Below, in pieces: positions 41,450 through 51,627 of a stretch of DNA of 64,000 bases; position 1 is the first letter of the stretch, and each line of letters starts with the position of its first letter. The DNA is from Acutalibacteraceae bacterium (GTDB taxonomy: Bacteria > Bacillota > Clostridia > Oscillospirales > Acutalibacteraceae). The stretch lies in the NCBI GenBank assembly GCA_045593325.1, contig JAZNWL010000067.1, positions 1,149 to 65,148 on the forward strand, read 5' to 3'. Under the pieces are notes generated by a model. It did no database searches and had not been told where the DNA came from. It worked only from the letters and a program-made list of their open reading frames with translations. Made by a program: the position numbers and the translations under genes.

Positions 41450-42385
41450 ATGAATATGTTTTTTCCCGAAGGAATACTGTATCAAACTGCTAAAAATCAA
41501 AAATTCCTGCAAACCCCGGAGGGGTTACAGGAAGCCATGAGCGAAGACCGCGTATTGGAAGCCCGCGCCATTCTTTGCGACAACGAACATAATTTATGGG
41601 TAGACCTCCCCTGTGGCAAGGGGATGATTCCCCGCACCGAGGGGGCATTGGGCATTGCTGAAGGTACCGTGCGGGATATTGCTCTGATCGCCCGCGTAAA
41701 CCGCCCTGTCTGCTTTACGGTGACCTCCATCACCACCGACCAAAACGGAGAACCCTTGGCATTTCTTTCCCGACGGGCGGTACAGGAAAAATGCCGCAGG
41801 AACTACATAAGCACCCTGCTCCCCGGGGACGTCATTGACGTTGCCATCACCCATTTGGAGCCCTTTGGTGCCTTTTGTGATATTGGGTGCGGGTTGCCTT
41901 CTTTTATTCCCATTGACAACATTTCGGTGTCCCGCATTTTTCACCCTGCCGACCGCTTTCAAGTGGGGCAACACATTAAAGCGGTGGTGAAAGAACTGCT
42001 GCCAGACGGCAAAATCAGCCTGACCCACAAAGAACTGTTGGGAACCTGGGAAGAAAATGCCGCGCTGTTTCAAGCGGGGGAAACCGTTTCGGGCATGATC
42101 CGTACGGTGGAAAGTTACGGCAGTTTTGTGGAACTGACCCCCAACCTGGCAGGGTTGGCAGAACCCAAAGAAGGCATTGTCCCGGGGCAACAGGCAGCGG
42201 TGTTTATCAAAAACATCATTCCCGAAAAAATGAAGATCAAGTTGATTATTGTGGATGCCTTTTCTGCACCGCGGGAACAGAACGCTCCCGAATATTATTT
42301 TCAGGGAAACCACATGAACCGTTGGCAATATTCTCCCCCAGGGTGTCATAAAACCATTGTTACCGAATTTGAAGAATACTTATAA
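41450..42385 (+). CDS. S1 RNA-binding domain protein (three S1-like repeats)
   Basis: Start set to the ATG at 41450 (MNMFFPEG). Contains GDVIDVAITHLEPFGAFCDIG and GETVSGMIRTVESYGSFVEL. The ORF-track extension 41150-41449 is antisense to DUF951 and its promoter region. Confidence 0.8.
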   Translation: MNMFFPEGILYQTAKNQKFLQTPEGLQEAMSEDRVLEARAILCDNEHNLWVDLPCGKGMIPRTEGALGIAEGTVRDIALIARVNRPVCFTVTSITTDQNGEPLAFLSRRAVQEKCRRNYISTLLPGDVIDVAITHLEPFGAFCDIGCGLPSFIPIDNISVSRIFHPADRFQVGQHIKAVVKELLPDGKISLTHKELLGTWEENAALFQAGETVSGMIRTVESYGSFVELTPNLAGLAEPKEGIVPGQQAAVFIKNIIPEKMKIKLIIVDAFSAPREQNAPEYYFQGNHMNRWQYSPPGCHKTIVTEFEEYL

Positions 42386-42389
42386 AAAA

Positions 42390-42425
42390 TGCCACCATTT
42401 TCGAATACAATCGGAAATGGTGGCA
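42390..42425. terminator. Bidirectional terminator hairpin
   Basis: Perfect 11-bp stem tgccaccattt / aaatggtggca between convergent genes. Confidence 0.65.
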
Positions 42426-42453
42426 TAACAGTTTTATAAACCTAACAAATCAA

Positions 42454-43197
42454 TTAGTCTCTTTTTTTGAGAACTACCAAAGCACCCAAAGCAACCACGC
42501 CGGCTACTACAACGCCAGCAACAGAGCTGCTGCCGGTTTCGGGGTTGTCAGTTTCAGTAACAACTTCTTCAACTTCAACTTCTTCTTTAACGGTTTCGTC
42601 TTCAGAAGGTTCGTCAACGATTTCTTCGCCGCCTTCCCACATAGCATACAATACTAAGTCGGATTCGATTTCGAACATTTCGTCTTCGATGTAGGAAGTA
42701 CCGGAACCGTCTTTAGCGGTGTTCCAACCAAGGAAGGTTGCGCCGGCTTTTTTAAAGTTGTTGTATGCGGTGTAAGCATAACCACCGGCAATGTAGGGAC
42801 CAAATTCGTCCAAAGTTTCGCCGGTACCGCCGTTAGCATCATAAGTGATGGTGTATTCGATGATTTGAGCATCTTTATGTTGCCATTGAGCATACAGTTT
42901 CATGGTTTCTTTCAAAGTGATTTCATCACCGGCTGCGTAGGAATCACCGGCACCGTCAGCGGTGGTGTTCCAACCCATGAAATTGTAGTTGTCATTGGTG
43001 AAAGCGTGTTCGGGAACAACAACAACGCCTTCATCGTTAGCAAGGATATCATCCATTTTGCCTTGAGCGCCGTTGGGTTCTAATTGCAAATAGATTTCTA
43101 CCACGTCGGTAGGAGTTTCAGCAGCAAAAGCCATCATGCTGCAAGCAGTTACCATAACAGCCAAAGCCACTACAACTGCAAGAATTTTCTTAGTCAT
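42454..43197 (-). CDS. Cell-wall-anchored protein with two Listeria-Bacteroides type repeats
   Basis: Start at the ATG at 43197 (MTKKILAVVVALAVMVTACSMMAFA). Repeats FMGWNTTADGAGDSYAAGDEITL..LYAQW and FLGWNTAKDGSGTSYIEDEMFEI..LYAMW. C-terminus NPETG, then a hydrophobic stretch, then KKRD. Confidence 0.8.
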   Translation of the reverse strand: MTKKILAVVVALAVMVTACSMMAFAAETPTDVVEIYLQLEPNGAQGKMDDILANDEGVVVVPEHAFTNDNYNFMGWNTTADGAGDSYAAGDEITLKETMKLYAQWQHKDAQIIEYTITYDANGGTGETLDEFGPYIAGGYAYTAYNNFKKAGATFLGWNTAKDGSGTSYIEDEMFEIESDLVLYAMWEGGEEIVDEPSEDETVKEEVEVEEVVTETDNPETGSSSVAGVVVAGVVALGALVVLKKRD

Positions 43198-43337
43198 AAC
43201 TATAACCTCCAAAAAAATATTCATGAAACAATTCTATTCCATGATGCTTCAAAATCATTCTACCCCTTTCCGCAAAAAATGTCAAGCATTATTTTCTGTT
43301 AATTCCGGGGTTACACCACGACAAAAAGGGCAGAATA

Positions 43338-43366
43338 TTGACAGATTGATGGTTTTATGATATAAT
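43338..43366 (+). promoter_or_regulatory. Promoter of the degV-like gene
   Basis: TTGACA (43338-43343), a 17-nt spacer, then TGaTATAAT (-10 at 43361-43366). Confidence 0.55.
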
Positions 43367-43420
43367 ATACGACAATTTCAAGGTGTATTCTGTTAAGTAA
43401 ATGAAGAGAGGATTTCGTTT

Positions 43421-44287
43421 ATGGAAAGAAAAGTTATTATTTCTACCGACAGCACTGCCGACCTGACCCAGGAATTGGTTGAACAATACAACATTAAAGT
43501 TGTTCCTTTAGGTCTTGAAATGGACGGCAATTTATATCGCGACGGGCTGGATATCACCCCTGACGATTTATATGCCTATCATGAAAAAACCGGAAAAATT
43601 GCCCATACCAGTGCCTACAACATTGGGGAATATGAAGAACATTTTTCCGCCCTGGTAGACCAAGGGTATGACGTGGTTCACATTGGTCTGGCAGATTATT
43701 TATCCTGCACCTTGCGCAATGCCCAGTTAGCCGCCGAAGAAATGGAACACGTTTTTGTTGTAAATTCCAAACGGCTTTCCACAGGGATCGGTCTTCTGGT
43801 ATTGAAAGCCAGCGAATTGGCAAAGGAAGGAATGTCTGCCAAAGAAATCAGCGAAACCATTACCGAACTTGCCTATCACGTGGACGCGTCTTTCGTGGTG
43901 GACACTTTAGAATTCCTGCATGCAGGCGGTCGTTGTTCCTCGGTTGCCAAATTAGGGGCAAACCTTTTGAAAATCAAACCTCAGATCGTTGTATATGACG
44001 AAAAAATGGATACCGGCAAAAAATATCGGGGAAAGATCACTGCTTGCCGCAACCAATATATGGAAGACCAACTTCATGATTTGGACGATGTTTACCTGGA
44101 TCGTATTTTCCTGACCCATTCGGGTATGCCTCAGGAAGAAATTGATATGGCTTTGGATCACCTTCGTTCCCTTGCCGATTTCAAAGAAATTCTTGTGACC
44201 CGCGCAGGTTGTGTTATTTCCTGCCATTGCGGTCCCGGGACCATGGGTATTTTATTTATGCGGAAATCACGGGTGTTTGGCGAGTAA
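43421..44287 (+). CDS. DegV family fatty-acid-binding protein
   Basis: 288 aa. KVIISTDSTADL..., typical DegV length and layout. Confidence 0.85.
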   Translation: MERKVIISTDSTADLTQELVEQYNIKVVPLGLEMDGNLYRDGLDITPDDLYAYHEKTGKIAHTSAYNIGEYEEHFSALVDQGYDVVHIGLADYLSCTLRNAQLAAEEMEHVFVVNSKRLSTGIGLLVLKASELAKEGMSAKEISETITELAYHVDASFVVDTLEFLHAGGRCSSVAKLGANLLKIKPQIVVYDEKMDTGKKYRGKITACRNQYMEDQLHDLDDVYLDRIFLTHSGMPQEEIDMALDHLRSLADFKEILVTRAGCVISCHCGPGTMGILFMRKSRVFGE

Positions 44288-44328
44288 CCTCCATTAGTCA
44301 TGCCCTTTGTGAAGGAGGGCGAACCGAT

Positions 44329-46443
44329 ATGCGCAGACCATTGGCATTGGCAGGATTTTCCCTGTTGCTTTCCACTCTGCTGTGTATTCTGTTGGGAACC
44401 CGCTTTGCCCTGATACTGGGCAGCGTTTCTCTGGTTCTTCTGTTTCTTCTTTTCTTAAAATCAACAAACAACAGCCGCCTGGTTACCTCCTTGCGTGGCT
44501 GTTGTTTCTTTTTTCTATGCGGATGTTTGGGATTTTTTCTGCAATTTCAAATGCAGGTGGCACCTTTGCTTCCCTTGGAGAATCAAACAAAATACGTGCA
44601 ATACACCGTTTTGGAAGAGCAGGGGACTTATGACGACGTTGCCTACTACACCGTTTCCGCCAAAGGATTGTACCCCGACCCCGATAAAGACTGTCAATTC
44701 CGCTTATCCATGGCATATCCCCATCGGGTTGCAGTGGGAGACCATGCAGGAGGGATGGTAACCTTTTCCACGTCTTCTTCCCCCACCCTGATGGCAGACC
44801 ATGTGTACCTTACGGCTACCGCCTTGGAAGAGGTTTCTCCCACCCTTTACGGGAAAGAGTTTTCTTTTTCCTATTACACCCATCAGGTTCGGGAATCCAT
44901 ATCCGCCCTGTTTGCACAGCAGGGAACCAAAGACACCCTTTCTCTGGTCAAGGGAATTTGTTTGGGAAATGCCGACGGCATGTCGGAAGAATTACAAAAT
45001 GCTTTTTACTCCTGCGGGTTAGGGCATCTGGTGGCGGTTTCAGGATTACATACGTCGCAAATCGGTGGGGTATTCATTGCTTTGTTCCTCTTTTTGACCA
45101 AAAGCAAACGTTGGGTTAAACTTTGCAGTTTAGGATTCGTCTGGGGATTCGTGGAAATTACAGGGTTTTCCTATTCCTCCTTGCGGGCGGCTATTATGTT
45201 TTCCTTTTTCGCGGTGGGCAGTTGCGTTTTCCGCCGAATGGATTCTTTGAACACCTTGGGCGGCGCAGTTACCGCTATTGTATTGTGTAATCCTTTTGCC
45301 GCTTATAACTTAGGATTTTTGGCATCGGTGGGCGCTTGCTTGGGGATCATTCTGTTTACTACTCCTTTGCAACAAAAACTGCAAAAGCTGCTCCCCGAAG
45401 TTTTTCAAACCAACAAAATTCTATCCTACCTTCTGACGGGATTTTGTACCACTCTGTCTGCAACCGCTACCACCATTCCCTGTAATTTACTGGCATTCCA
45501 TACGCTTTCTCCCATTGCGCCCCTGTCCAACCTGTTGTGCATCCCCCTTGGCACCGCCATTCTGGTATTGGGACTTTGCGGCGCTGTGATGAGTTTCATT
45601 CCACCCTTTTCTTTTGTGGGAACGCTTTGTCTTTGGGTTGCCCACGGTCTGGCATTTTTGATTGCCCAATTTGCCACCATTCTTTCAAAAATACCTTATC
45701 ACGTATTGCCTCAAAGCACGCCCATCACCTTTTTCATCATTGTGTTGTGCGGTGTTGGAATTGCCTGGATTTTGTTGTATCCCAACCGATTCAAAGGGGT
45801 GAGCAAACTGCTGGTTGTCGTCCTTCTTTGTTTGGGAATCCTTTCGTCCTCTTTCCTGCCGGCGTTGCCTCAAAACACCCAGGAAATTTGTATTCTTGCT
45901 ACGGAATATGATGCCGCCATGGTGGTGATGGACAAAGATACTACCATTCTCATTGGCAGTATCGCCCCACGGGATTTGGACCGCTATCTGGGGTCAAGAG
46001 GAATTACCCATATTGACCTTTGGGTGTTGCCACAGCGGGACAACTATTCCACCGCCCTCACCTCCCTGCCCAAACAATATCAGGTGGATGAGATCATGAC
46101 CTTTTTATATGCCGATACGTTAGGGCTGCTTTCCAACGTAGATAAAAATATACCCATTCATTTTCTTAATTCCATGACCCTTGGCAAAGTTAAGATTACC
46201 GCTTTGGATAACTATTCCGTATTTGTCATTAAAACTCCAAACACCACCTTATACTTCGGCGATACCCGGGGCAATGAGCAACAACTGCAGGAGTATCCCT
46301 TTGCTTTTCTTAATCGCAAAAGCGGCTATGCCGACGTCCACATTCTTCATGATGGAAAAGAAGTTTATCCCATCAACCAAACCACCGTTATTCGCGCCAC
46401 ACCCAATGGGTGTCAGGTGTATCAACCCCGATTTGTGTTTTAA
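44329..46443 (+). CDS. comEC: ComEC/Rec2 family DNA internalisation channel protein
   Basis: Start at the ATG at 44329 behind GAAGGAGGG. Polytopic, with the competence-domain motif GLGHLVAVSGLHTSQIGG. The C-terminal domain lacks an HxHxDH motif. Confidence 0.85.
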   Translation: MRRPLALAGFSLLLSTLLCILLGTRFALILGSVSLVLLFLLFLKSTNNSRLVTSLRGCCFFFLCGCLGFFLQFQMQVAPLLPLENQTKYVQYTVLEEQGTYDDVAYYTVSAKGLYPDPDKDCQFRLSMAYPHRVAVGDHAGGMVTFSTSSSPTLMADHVYLTATALEEVSPTLYGKEFSFSYYTHQVRESISALFAQQGTKDTLSLVKGICLGNADGMSEELQNAFYSCGLGHLVAVSGLHTSQIGGVFIALFLFLTKSKRWVKLCSLGFVWGFVEITGFSYSSLRAAIMFSFFAVGSCVFRRMDSLNTLGGAVTAIVLCNPFAAYNLGFLASVGACLGIILFTTPLQQKLQKLLPEVFQTNKILSYLLTGFCTTLSATATTIPCNLLAFHTLSPIAPLSNLLCIPLGTAILVLGLCGAVMSFIPPFSFVGTLCLWVAHGLAFLIAQFATILSKIPYHVLPQSTPITFFIIVLCGVGIAWILLYPNRFKGVSKLLVVVLLCLGILSSSFLPALPQNTQEICILATEYDAAMVVMDKDTTILIGSIAPRDLDRYLGSRGITHIDLWVLPQRDNYSTALTSLPKQYQVDEIMTFLYADTLGLLSNVDKNIPIHFLNSMTLGKVKITALDNYSVFVIKTPNTTLYFGDTRGNEQQLQEYPFAFLNRKSGYADVHILHDGKEVYPINQTTVIRATPNGCQVYQPRFVF

Positions 46444-46519
46444 CCGAAAAAGTTCGCACAAAATGTCGGGCAACGGTTGGAGGGAACCCTTATAATGATG
46501 ACAGACAAGGAGGGGAACT

Positions 46520-47410
46520 ATGATGCATTGGGTCACAGAATTAAACAACGCCATCAACTATATTGAAGGACATTTGACCGAGAATATCAAGTACGAAACG
46601 ATAGCCGCCAAATGTTATTGTTCGGTATATCATTTTCAGCGTGTATTTCATGCTCTCAACGGATTCACCTTGGGAGAATACATCCGCAACCGGAGGCTGA
46701 CTCTGGCAGGGATTGAACTTACCAAAGGAAAGAAACGAGTCATTGATATTGCCTTGCAATACGGTTATGAAAACCCAGACAGCTTTGCCAAAGCCTTTCA
46801 AAAATTTCATGGTGTTTCTCCTTCCCAAGCCAAAAACCATGGTGTAGAACTGCGTTCTTTTTCCCCTCTTGTTCTACAAACATCATTACAAGGAGGTAAA
46901 ACCATGAACTACAAAATCAAGCAACTTTCACAATTATGCATTACGGGGCAAAGTGTAGTATTTGACGGCATTCCCAAAAACAGAAAACAGCAACAACATG
47001 ATTTCATGGTGGACGGAAACGTGCGATTTATACGGTACGCTTTACAAGGTATGGCAGGGGATTGCGACACCGAATATTGCGTTATTTCTCATGTCACGGA
47101 AGATTCCTTTCAATTCACCATTGGAACGGTTGTTCCCACTTATTTTTCCAACCATCTCGAAAAGACAGTTGGGAACTATGCTCAAAAATTAGAAACCCTT
47201 TTGATTCCCGCCGAAACCTATGTTTCTATGGAAACCACTCAAAGTGTCGATTATATGAACGAACAGGCAGAGCTTTATAAGAGAATGGTAGAAGAATGGC
47301 TTCCCGATTCAGGCTATTTGTTGAAAAACGCTCCTGAACTTACCATTCTACATCATGCCAGGGAACATTCGTATGTTGAAGTGCTAATTCCTATTGAAAA
47401 ATCCGAATAA
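46520..47410 (+). CDS. AraC family regulator with a GyrI-like effector-binding domain
   Basis: N-terminal HTH (ETIAAKCYCSVYHFQRVFHALNGFTLGEYIRNRRL, YGYENPDSFAKAFQKFHGVSP). The C-terminal 150 aa look GyrI-like. Confidence 0.85.
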   Translation: MMHWVTELNNAINYIEGHLTENIKYETIAAKCYCSVYHFQRVFHALNGFTLGEYIRNRRLTLAGIELTKGKKRVIDIALQYGYENPDSFAKAFQKFHGVSPSQAKNHGVELRSFSPLVLQTSLQGGKTMNYKIKQLSQLCITGQSVVFDGIPKNRKQQQHDFMVDGNVRFIRYALQGMAGDCDTEYCVISHVTEDSFQFTIGTVVPTYFSNHLEKTVGNYAQKLETLLIPAETYVSMETTQSVDYMNEQAELYKRMVEEWLPDSGYLLKNAPELTILHHAREHSYVEVLIPIEKSE

Positions 47411-47414
47411 AGCG

Positions 47415-47450
47415 CTCCCCCGAAACGCTAATCGTTTCGGGGGAGTTTTT
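47415..47450 (+). terminator. Rho-independent terminator
   Basis: Perfect 13-bp stem ctcccccgaaacg / cgtttcgggggag followed by TTTTT. Confidence 0.85.
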
Positions 47451-47476
47451 CAAATATCATTTCAAAATATCACTTG

Positions 47477-49396
47477 TTAAAAACTTGCAGAAAGTCCCAC
47501 AGCTTTTTTCAGGATTTCCAAGGCATCCTTGGCATTGATATTTCCATCCTTCGTTACGTCTCCTGCAACTTTTTGAGCGGCGTAGGGAATTTCTTTTTCC
47601 ACGGCAATCTTTAAAACCATCAAGGCGTCCTTGGCATCAACGGCTTGGTCATTATTAAGATCTCCCAAGGGTAATTCTTCTCCCAAGGCAAGAAACGTAA
47701 TCCTTTTGCTTTGGGAATATTCTTCCACTAAAGACCCTGCATACCCGCGAAGAACAATGTGATCGCAACTGGGTTCATCGGCACAGTCTTTGGTACATTG
47801 GAAAGCCCCTTCGCCGATGGATTCAACTCCCAGTATGGTGACTAAGGTTAATTGATGACAATTAGAAAATGCAAAATCGCCGATTTTCTTGACGCTTTCA
47901 GGAAGGGAAACAGTGGAAAGAGCGGAACAACGAGCGAAGGCGTTTTTCCCAATTTCTTCCAACGAAAGCGGGAAGTTGACGGTTCGAAGGGAAGAAATAT
48001 TATTAAAAGCTTCTTCACCAATCACCTTCACCCCCGCAGGAAGAGTATACTCTGTACGACTGGTTTTTCCTGCAGGGTATCGCAACAGAATTTCTTTCTC
48101 AAAGTCAAACAAAACTCCGTTGTCCGATTTATACCAATAATTATTGGCTGCTACGGTAAAAGAAATCACGGGACACCCTTCGAAGGCCTGCGGTGTTAGC
48201 CACTGCACTTTGGCTGGAATATACACCAACACAGGCTGAGTACAGCTACTTAAAGCATTATCGGCAATCAAGCGGGTTTCGTTACGGAAACAAATTTCAC
48301 GGCTTTCTTCTTCCACATTGGCCTCCAAACAATAGGGACCGATATACAGAGAATTTTTATACCAATTCTCATGATTATTATAATACGCGGTACCACACAA
48401 TATTGAACGGCCGATATACGAAAGAGAATCGGGCAACTGAATGGTTGATAAGCCCTCGCAATTCACAAAGGCTTGTTCTCCAATGGAGGTGACACTTTGG
48501 GGGATGGAAACCTGGGTTAACGACGTACACCAAGCAAACATATGACTGCCGATGGCTGTTACTCCTGATTCAATAGTTGCCTTTACCAGATTTTTACAAG
48601 AATCAAATAGAGAAAAACCAACTTCTTTAACACTACCCGGAATGGTAACCTCTGTAATATTAGATTGTTCAAAGGCCCTGGAACCGATGATTTCCACACT
48701 ATCGGGAATGATTATCTTTTGCACGAGTGTCCCTTCAAAGGCTCTGAAACCAATTTCTTTTACCCCTTGAGGAATTTGGTAAATCTCATTCTCTTTTTGG
48801 GAGGGGTACCAAATCAAAGTGGTTTTTTCTTTATCCAATAAAACGCCATTCTGAGAAGCGTACTGTTGGTTTTCTTCAGCCACAAGAATTTCTTTTAAAG
48901 ACGAACAAGCCCAAAATGCCAGGTTCCTGATGGAAGTGACCGACTTGGGAATTACTACTTGTTGCAATGCTTCACATTCGGCAAAAGCACTTTCTCCTAT
49001 AGATTCCAAACCATCTGGCAAAACGAGAGTTTCTAATTTGGTGCAACGCTCAAAGGCACCGTATCCCAAGGTTTTTATACTGTTAGGCAAATGTACCGTT
49101 TTCAAGGACGGACAATAGGCAAAGGCGCAACTTTTAATGGTTTCAATCCCTTCTTCAAGAGTAACCGATTGAAGAGAACCATGAGCAAAAGCGTATCCGC
49201 CAATAGCAATTACCGGAACGCCGTCGATCTCAGAAGGAATCTCTACTTGAGTTGCCGAGCCTTGATACCCTGTAATGGTTGCTTGGCCGTTTTCCACTTG
49301 ATAAAGGAACTCTTGCGCTTGCTGGGCACCAACCATAACAGGCATTCCCAGGGTAAAAATCAAAACAGCTAAAAACAATGACAATATTCGTTTCAT
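47477..49396 (-). CDS. Secreted BspA-type leucine-rich-repeat protein with a C-terminal dockerin
   Basis: Signal peptide, then about 20 repeats of the type IP.SV..IG..AF..C..L. C-terminus GDLNNDQAVDAKDALMVLKIAV...GDVTKDGNINAKDALEILKKAVG. Confidence 0.85.
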   Translation of the reverse strand: MKRILSLFLAVLIFTLGMPVMVGAQQAQEFLYQVENGQATITGYQGSATQVEIPSEIDGVPVIAIGGYAFAHGSLQSVTLEEGIETIKSCAFAYCPSLKTVHLPNSIKTLGYGAFERCTKLETLVLPDGLESIGESAFAECEALQQVVIPKSVTSIRNLAFWACSSLKEILVAEENQQYASQNGVLLDKEKTTLIWYPSQKENEIYQIPQGVKEIGFRAFEGTLVQKIIIPDSVEIIGSRAFEQSNITEVTIPGSVKEVGFSLFDSCKNLVKATIESGVTAIGSHMFAWCTSLTQVSIPQSVTSIGEQAFVNCEGLSTIQLPDSLSYIGRSILCGTAYYNNHENWYKNSLYIGPYCLEANVEEESREICFRNETRLIADNALSSCTQPVLVYIPAKVQWLTPQAFEGCPVISFTVAANNYWYKSDNGVLFDFEKEILLRYPAGKTSRTEYTLPAGVKVIGEEAFNNISSLRTVNFPLSLEEIGKNAFARCSALSTVSLPESVKKIGDFAFSNCHQLTLVTILGVESIGEGAFQCTKDCADEPSCDHIVLRGYAGSLVEEYSQSKRITFLALGEELPLGDLNNDQAVDAKDALMVLKIAVEKEIPYAAQKVAGDVTKDGNINAKDALEILKKAVGLSASF

Positions 49397-49524
49397 AAAA
49401 ACGCCTCCTTCGTAATAGGAAATGAGGCAGAACTGCTCTGCTATCTATTAAACACACAACCTGCGAATTTTTCTCACTAATTTTTAAATTTTTTTTATTT
49501 TTATTTGTTTTTTAATTTTATACA

Positions 49525-49559
49525 ACAAAAACCCCCTTGGTTACAAAACCAAGGGGGTT
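49525..49559 (-). terminator. Terminator of the alpha operon (after rplQ)
   Basis: Perfect 11-bp stem aacccccttgg / ccaagggggtt followed by a minus-strand T-run, 28 nt after the rplQ stop. Confidence 0.8.
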
Positions 49560-49587
49560 CAAGCATTTATTTTACCTTAAACAGCAA

Positions 49588-49929
49588 TTAAACCAATTCG
49601 ATAACTGCCATTTCTGCGGCGTCACCACGACGGGGTCCGATGCGGGTTACACGAGTGTAACCGCCGTTCCGGGAAGCGTAAGAAGGTGCGATTTCGTCGA
49701 ACAATTTCTTAACAACATCTTCCTTGGTGATAAAGGACAAAGCTTTGCGTTTGGAAGCAAGAGTATTGTCCTTGCCGATGGTAATATATTTTTCGGCCAT
49801 AGCTTGGACTTCTTTTGCACGGGTAACGGTGGTTTCTAACTTACCGTTTTCCAACAAAAAGGTTACCATAGCCCGCAGCATAGCTTTTCTGCTGTCGGTT
49901 TTTCTACCGAGTTTTCTGGTACCTGGCAT
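49588..49929 (-). CDS. rplQ: 50S ribosomal protein L17
   Basis: Typical L17 sequence downstream of rpoA. Confidence 0.96.
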   Translation of the reverse strand: MPGTRKLGRKTDSRKAMLRAMVTFLLENGKLETTVTRAKEVQAMAEKYITIGKDNTLASKRKALSFITKEDVVKKLFDEIAPSYASRNGGYTRVTRIGPRRGDAAEMAVIELV

Positions 49930-49964
49930 TGCAATTCACTCCTTTTCTTGAGTTGGCAGGTTAA

Positions 49965-50912
49965 TTAAAGTTCCTCTTTTTTCAGGGTGAAGCCCAAAGA
50001 ATCCAGTTTATTGATAACTTCTTCCAAGGACTTACGGCCCAAGTTACGAACCTTCATCATTTCGTCTTCGGTCTTGTTGATCAAGTTTCCAACGGTATTG
50101 ATGCCGGCACGTTTCAGGCAGTTGAAGGAACGAACCGAAAGATCCAATTCCTCAATGGTCATATCAAGAACTTTTTCCTTGCCGGATTCACCTTTTTCAA
50201 CCATAATATCGGCACCTGCGCCTTCGGCTGAAAGGTTCACAAACAGATTCAGGTGTTCTGTGATAATTTTTGCAGCAAGCGAAACCGCATCTTCAGCAGA
50301 AATGGTTCCGTTTGTCCAGACTTCCAAGGACAATTTATCGAAGTCGGTAATTTGTCCCACACGGGTATTGTCAACAGTGTAGTTCACTTTGTTTACCGGT
50401 GTGTAAATGGAGTCCATGGGGATGACACCGATGGTGTTGATTTCTTGTTTATTGCGGTCAGCAGGAACATAGCCACGGCCTTTGTCCAAAGACAGTTCCA
50501 TAAAGAACCGTGCATTTTCCGAAAGGGTTGCAATGTGCATTTCGGGGTTGAGGATTTCAACCTCGCTGTCTGCCTTAATGTCGGCAGCGGTCACTTCGCA
50601 GGGACCTTCTGCTTCGATATAAACAATTTTGGGACCGTCGCCATGAATTTTGGCGGTTAAGCCTTTCAAGTTCAAAACAATTTCGGTGACATCTTCTTTA
50701 ACGCCGTCGATTGTGGAAAATTCGTGTACTACGCCGTCAAATTTTACCGAAGTCGCGGCAACACCGGGCAAAGAAGAAAGGAGCACTCTGCGCAAACTGT
50801 TGCCAAGAGTGGTACCGTAGCCTCTTTCCAAAGGTTCAACCACAAAGCGACCATAGGAACCGTCTTCCGACAGTTCTTCGGTTTCAATTCGGGGCTTCTC
50901 GATTTCTATCAT
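49965..50912 (-). CDS. rpoA: DNA-directed RNA polymerase alpha subunit
   Basis: [30 protein letters not shown], with a C-terminal domain [16 protein letters not shown]. Confidence 0.97.
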   Translation of the reverse strand: MIEIEKPRIETEELSEDGSYGRFVVEPLERGYGTTLGNSLRRVLLSSLPGVAATSVKFDGVVHEFSTIDGVKEDVTEIVLNLKGLTAKIHGDGPKIVYIEAEGPCEVTAADIKADSEVEILNPEMHIATLSENARFFMELSLDKGRGYVPADRNKQEINTIGVIPMDSIYTPVNKVNYTVDNTRVGQITDFDKLSLEVWTNGTISAEDAVSLAAKIITEHLNLFVNLSAEGAGADIMVEKGESGKEKVLDMTIEELDLSVRSFNCLKRAGINTVGNLINKTEDEMMKVRNLGRKSLEEVINKLDSLGFTLKKEEL

Positions 50913-50983
50913 TCAGAACCCTCCTTAATAATTGTACGAATAATTCGCCAAAAATTGAATAGCCAAACAGGAATCCTGCACGA

Positions 50984-51610
50984 TTATTTACTGTAGAACT
51001 CAACGATCAGATGTTCTTCGATGGGAACATCGATTTGGTCACGGTTGGGCAGGTTTACAATTTTGGCCTCAAGGGTATCGGCATTAACGCTGATCCATTC
51101 AGGTTTTACGCGGGAAGCGCAAGCTTCCACAACCGTTTTGATCTTTTCGGAAGAACGGCTTTTTTCGCAAACTGCGATAACGTCGCCGGCCTTAACCAGA
51201 TAAGACGGTACATTAACTTTTTTACCGTTTACGGTGAAGTGGTTGTGAACAACCAACTGACGGGCTTCAGCACGGGAGGAAGCCCAACCGCAACGGTATA
51301 CAACGTTGTCCAAACGGCTTTCCAACAAGCGGAGAAGGTTATCACCGGTTACGCCGGTTTTCCGTTCGGCAATTTCAAAATAGTGATGGAATTGGTTTTC
51401 CAAAACACCATAATATCTTCTGGCTTTTTGCTTCATGCGAAGTTGCAAACCATATTCAGAAGCCTTTTTGCGGCTTTGACCATGTTGGCCGGGAGCGTAA
51501 GCTCTGCGGTCAATCGAGCATTTGCTGGAGTAGCATCTGTCGCCTTTCAAGAAAAGCTTTTGGCCTTCACGGCGGCATAATCTACAAACTGCTCCGGTAT
51601 ATCTTGCCAT
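50984..51610 (-). CDS. rpsD: 30S ribosomal protein S4
   Basis: [26 protein letters not shown]. Confidence 0.97.
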   Translation of the reverse strand: MARYTGAVCRLCRREGQKLFLKGDRCYSSKCSIDRRAYAPGQHGQSRKKASEYGLQLRMKQKARRYYGVLENQFHHYFEIAERKTGVTGDNLLRLLESRLDNVVYRCGWASSRAEARQLVVHNHFTVNGKKVNVPSYLVKAGDVIAVCEKSRSSEKIKTVVEACASRVKPEWISVNADTLEAKIVNLPNRDQIDVPIEEHLIVEFYSK

Positions 51611-51627
51611 ATCCTTACACCTCCAAA

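Noticed and set aside
32896-42349. Long antisense ORFs: 32896..33900(+), 34495..35229(+), 39942..40901(+) and 41594..42349(-)
   Set aside because: Each lies opposite a confidently identified gene (ftsY, smc, prfA, S1-domain protein) and has no recognisable features of its own.
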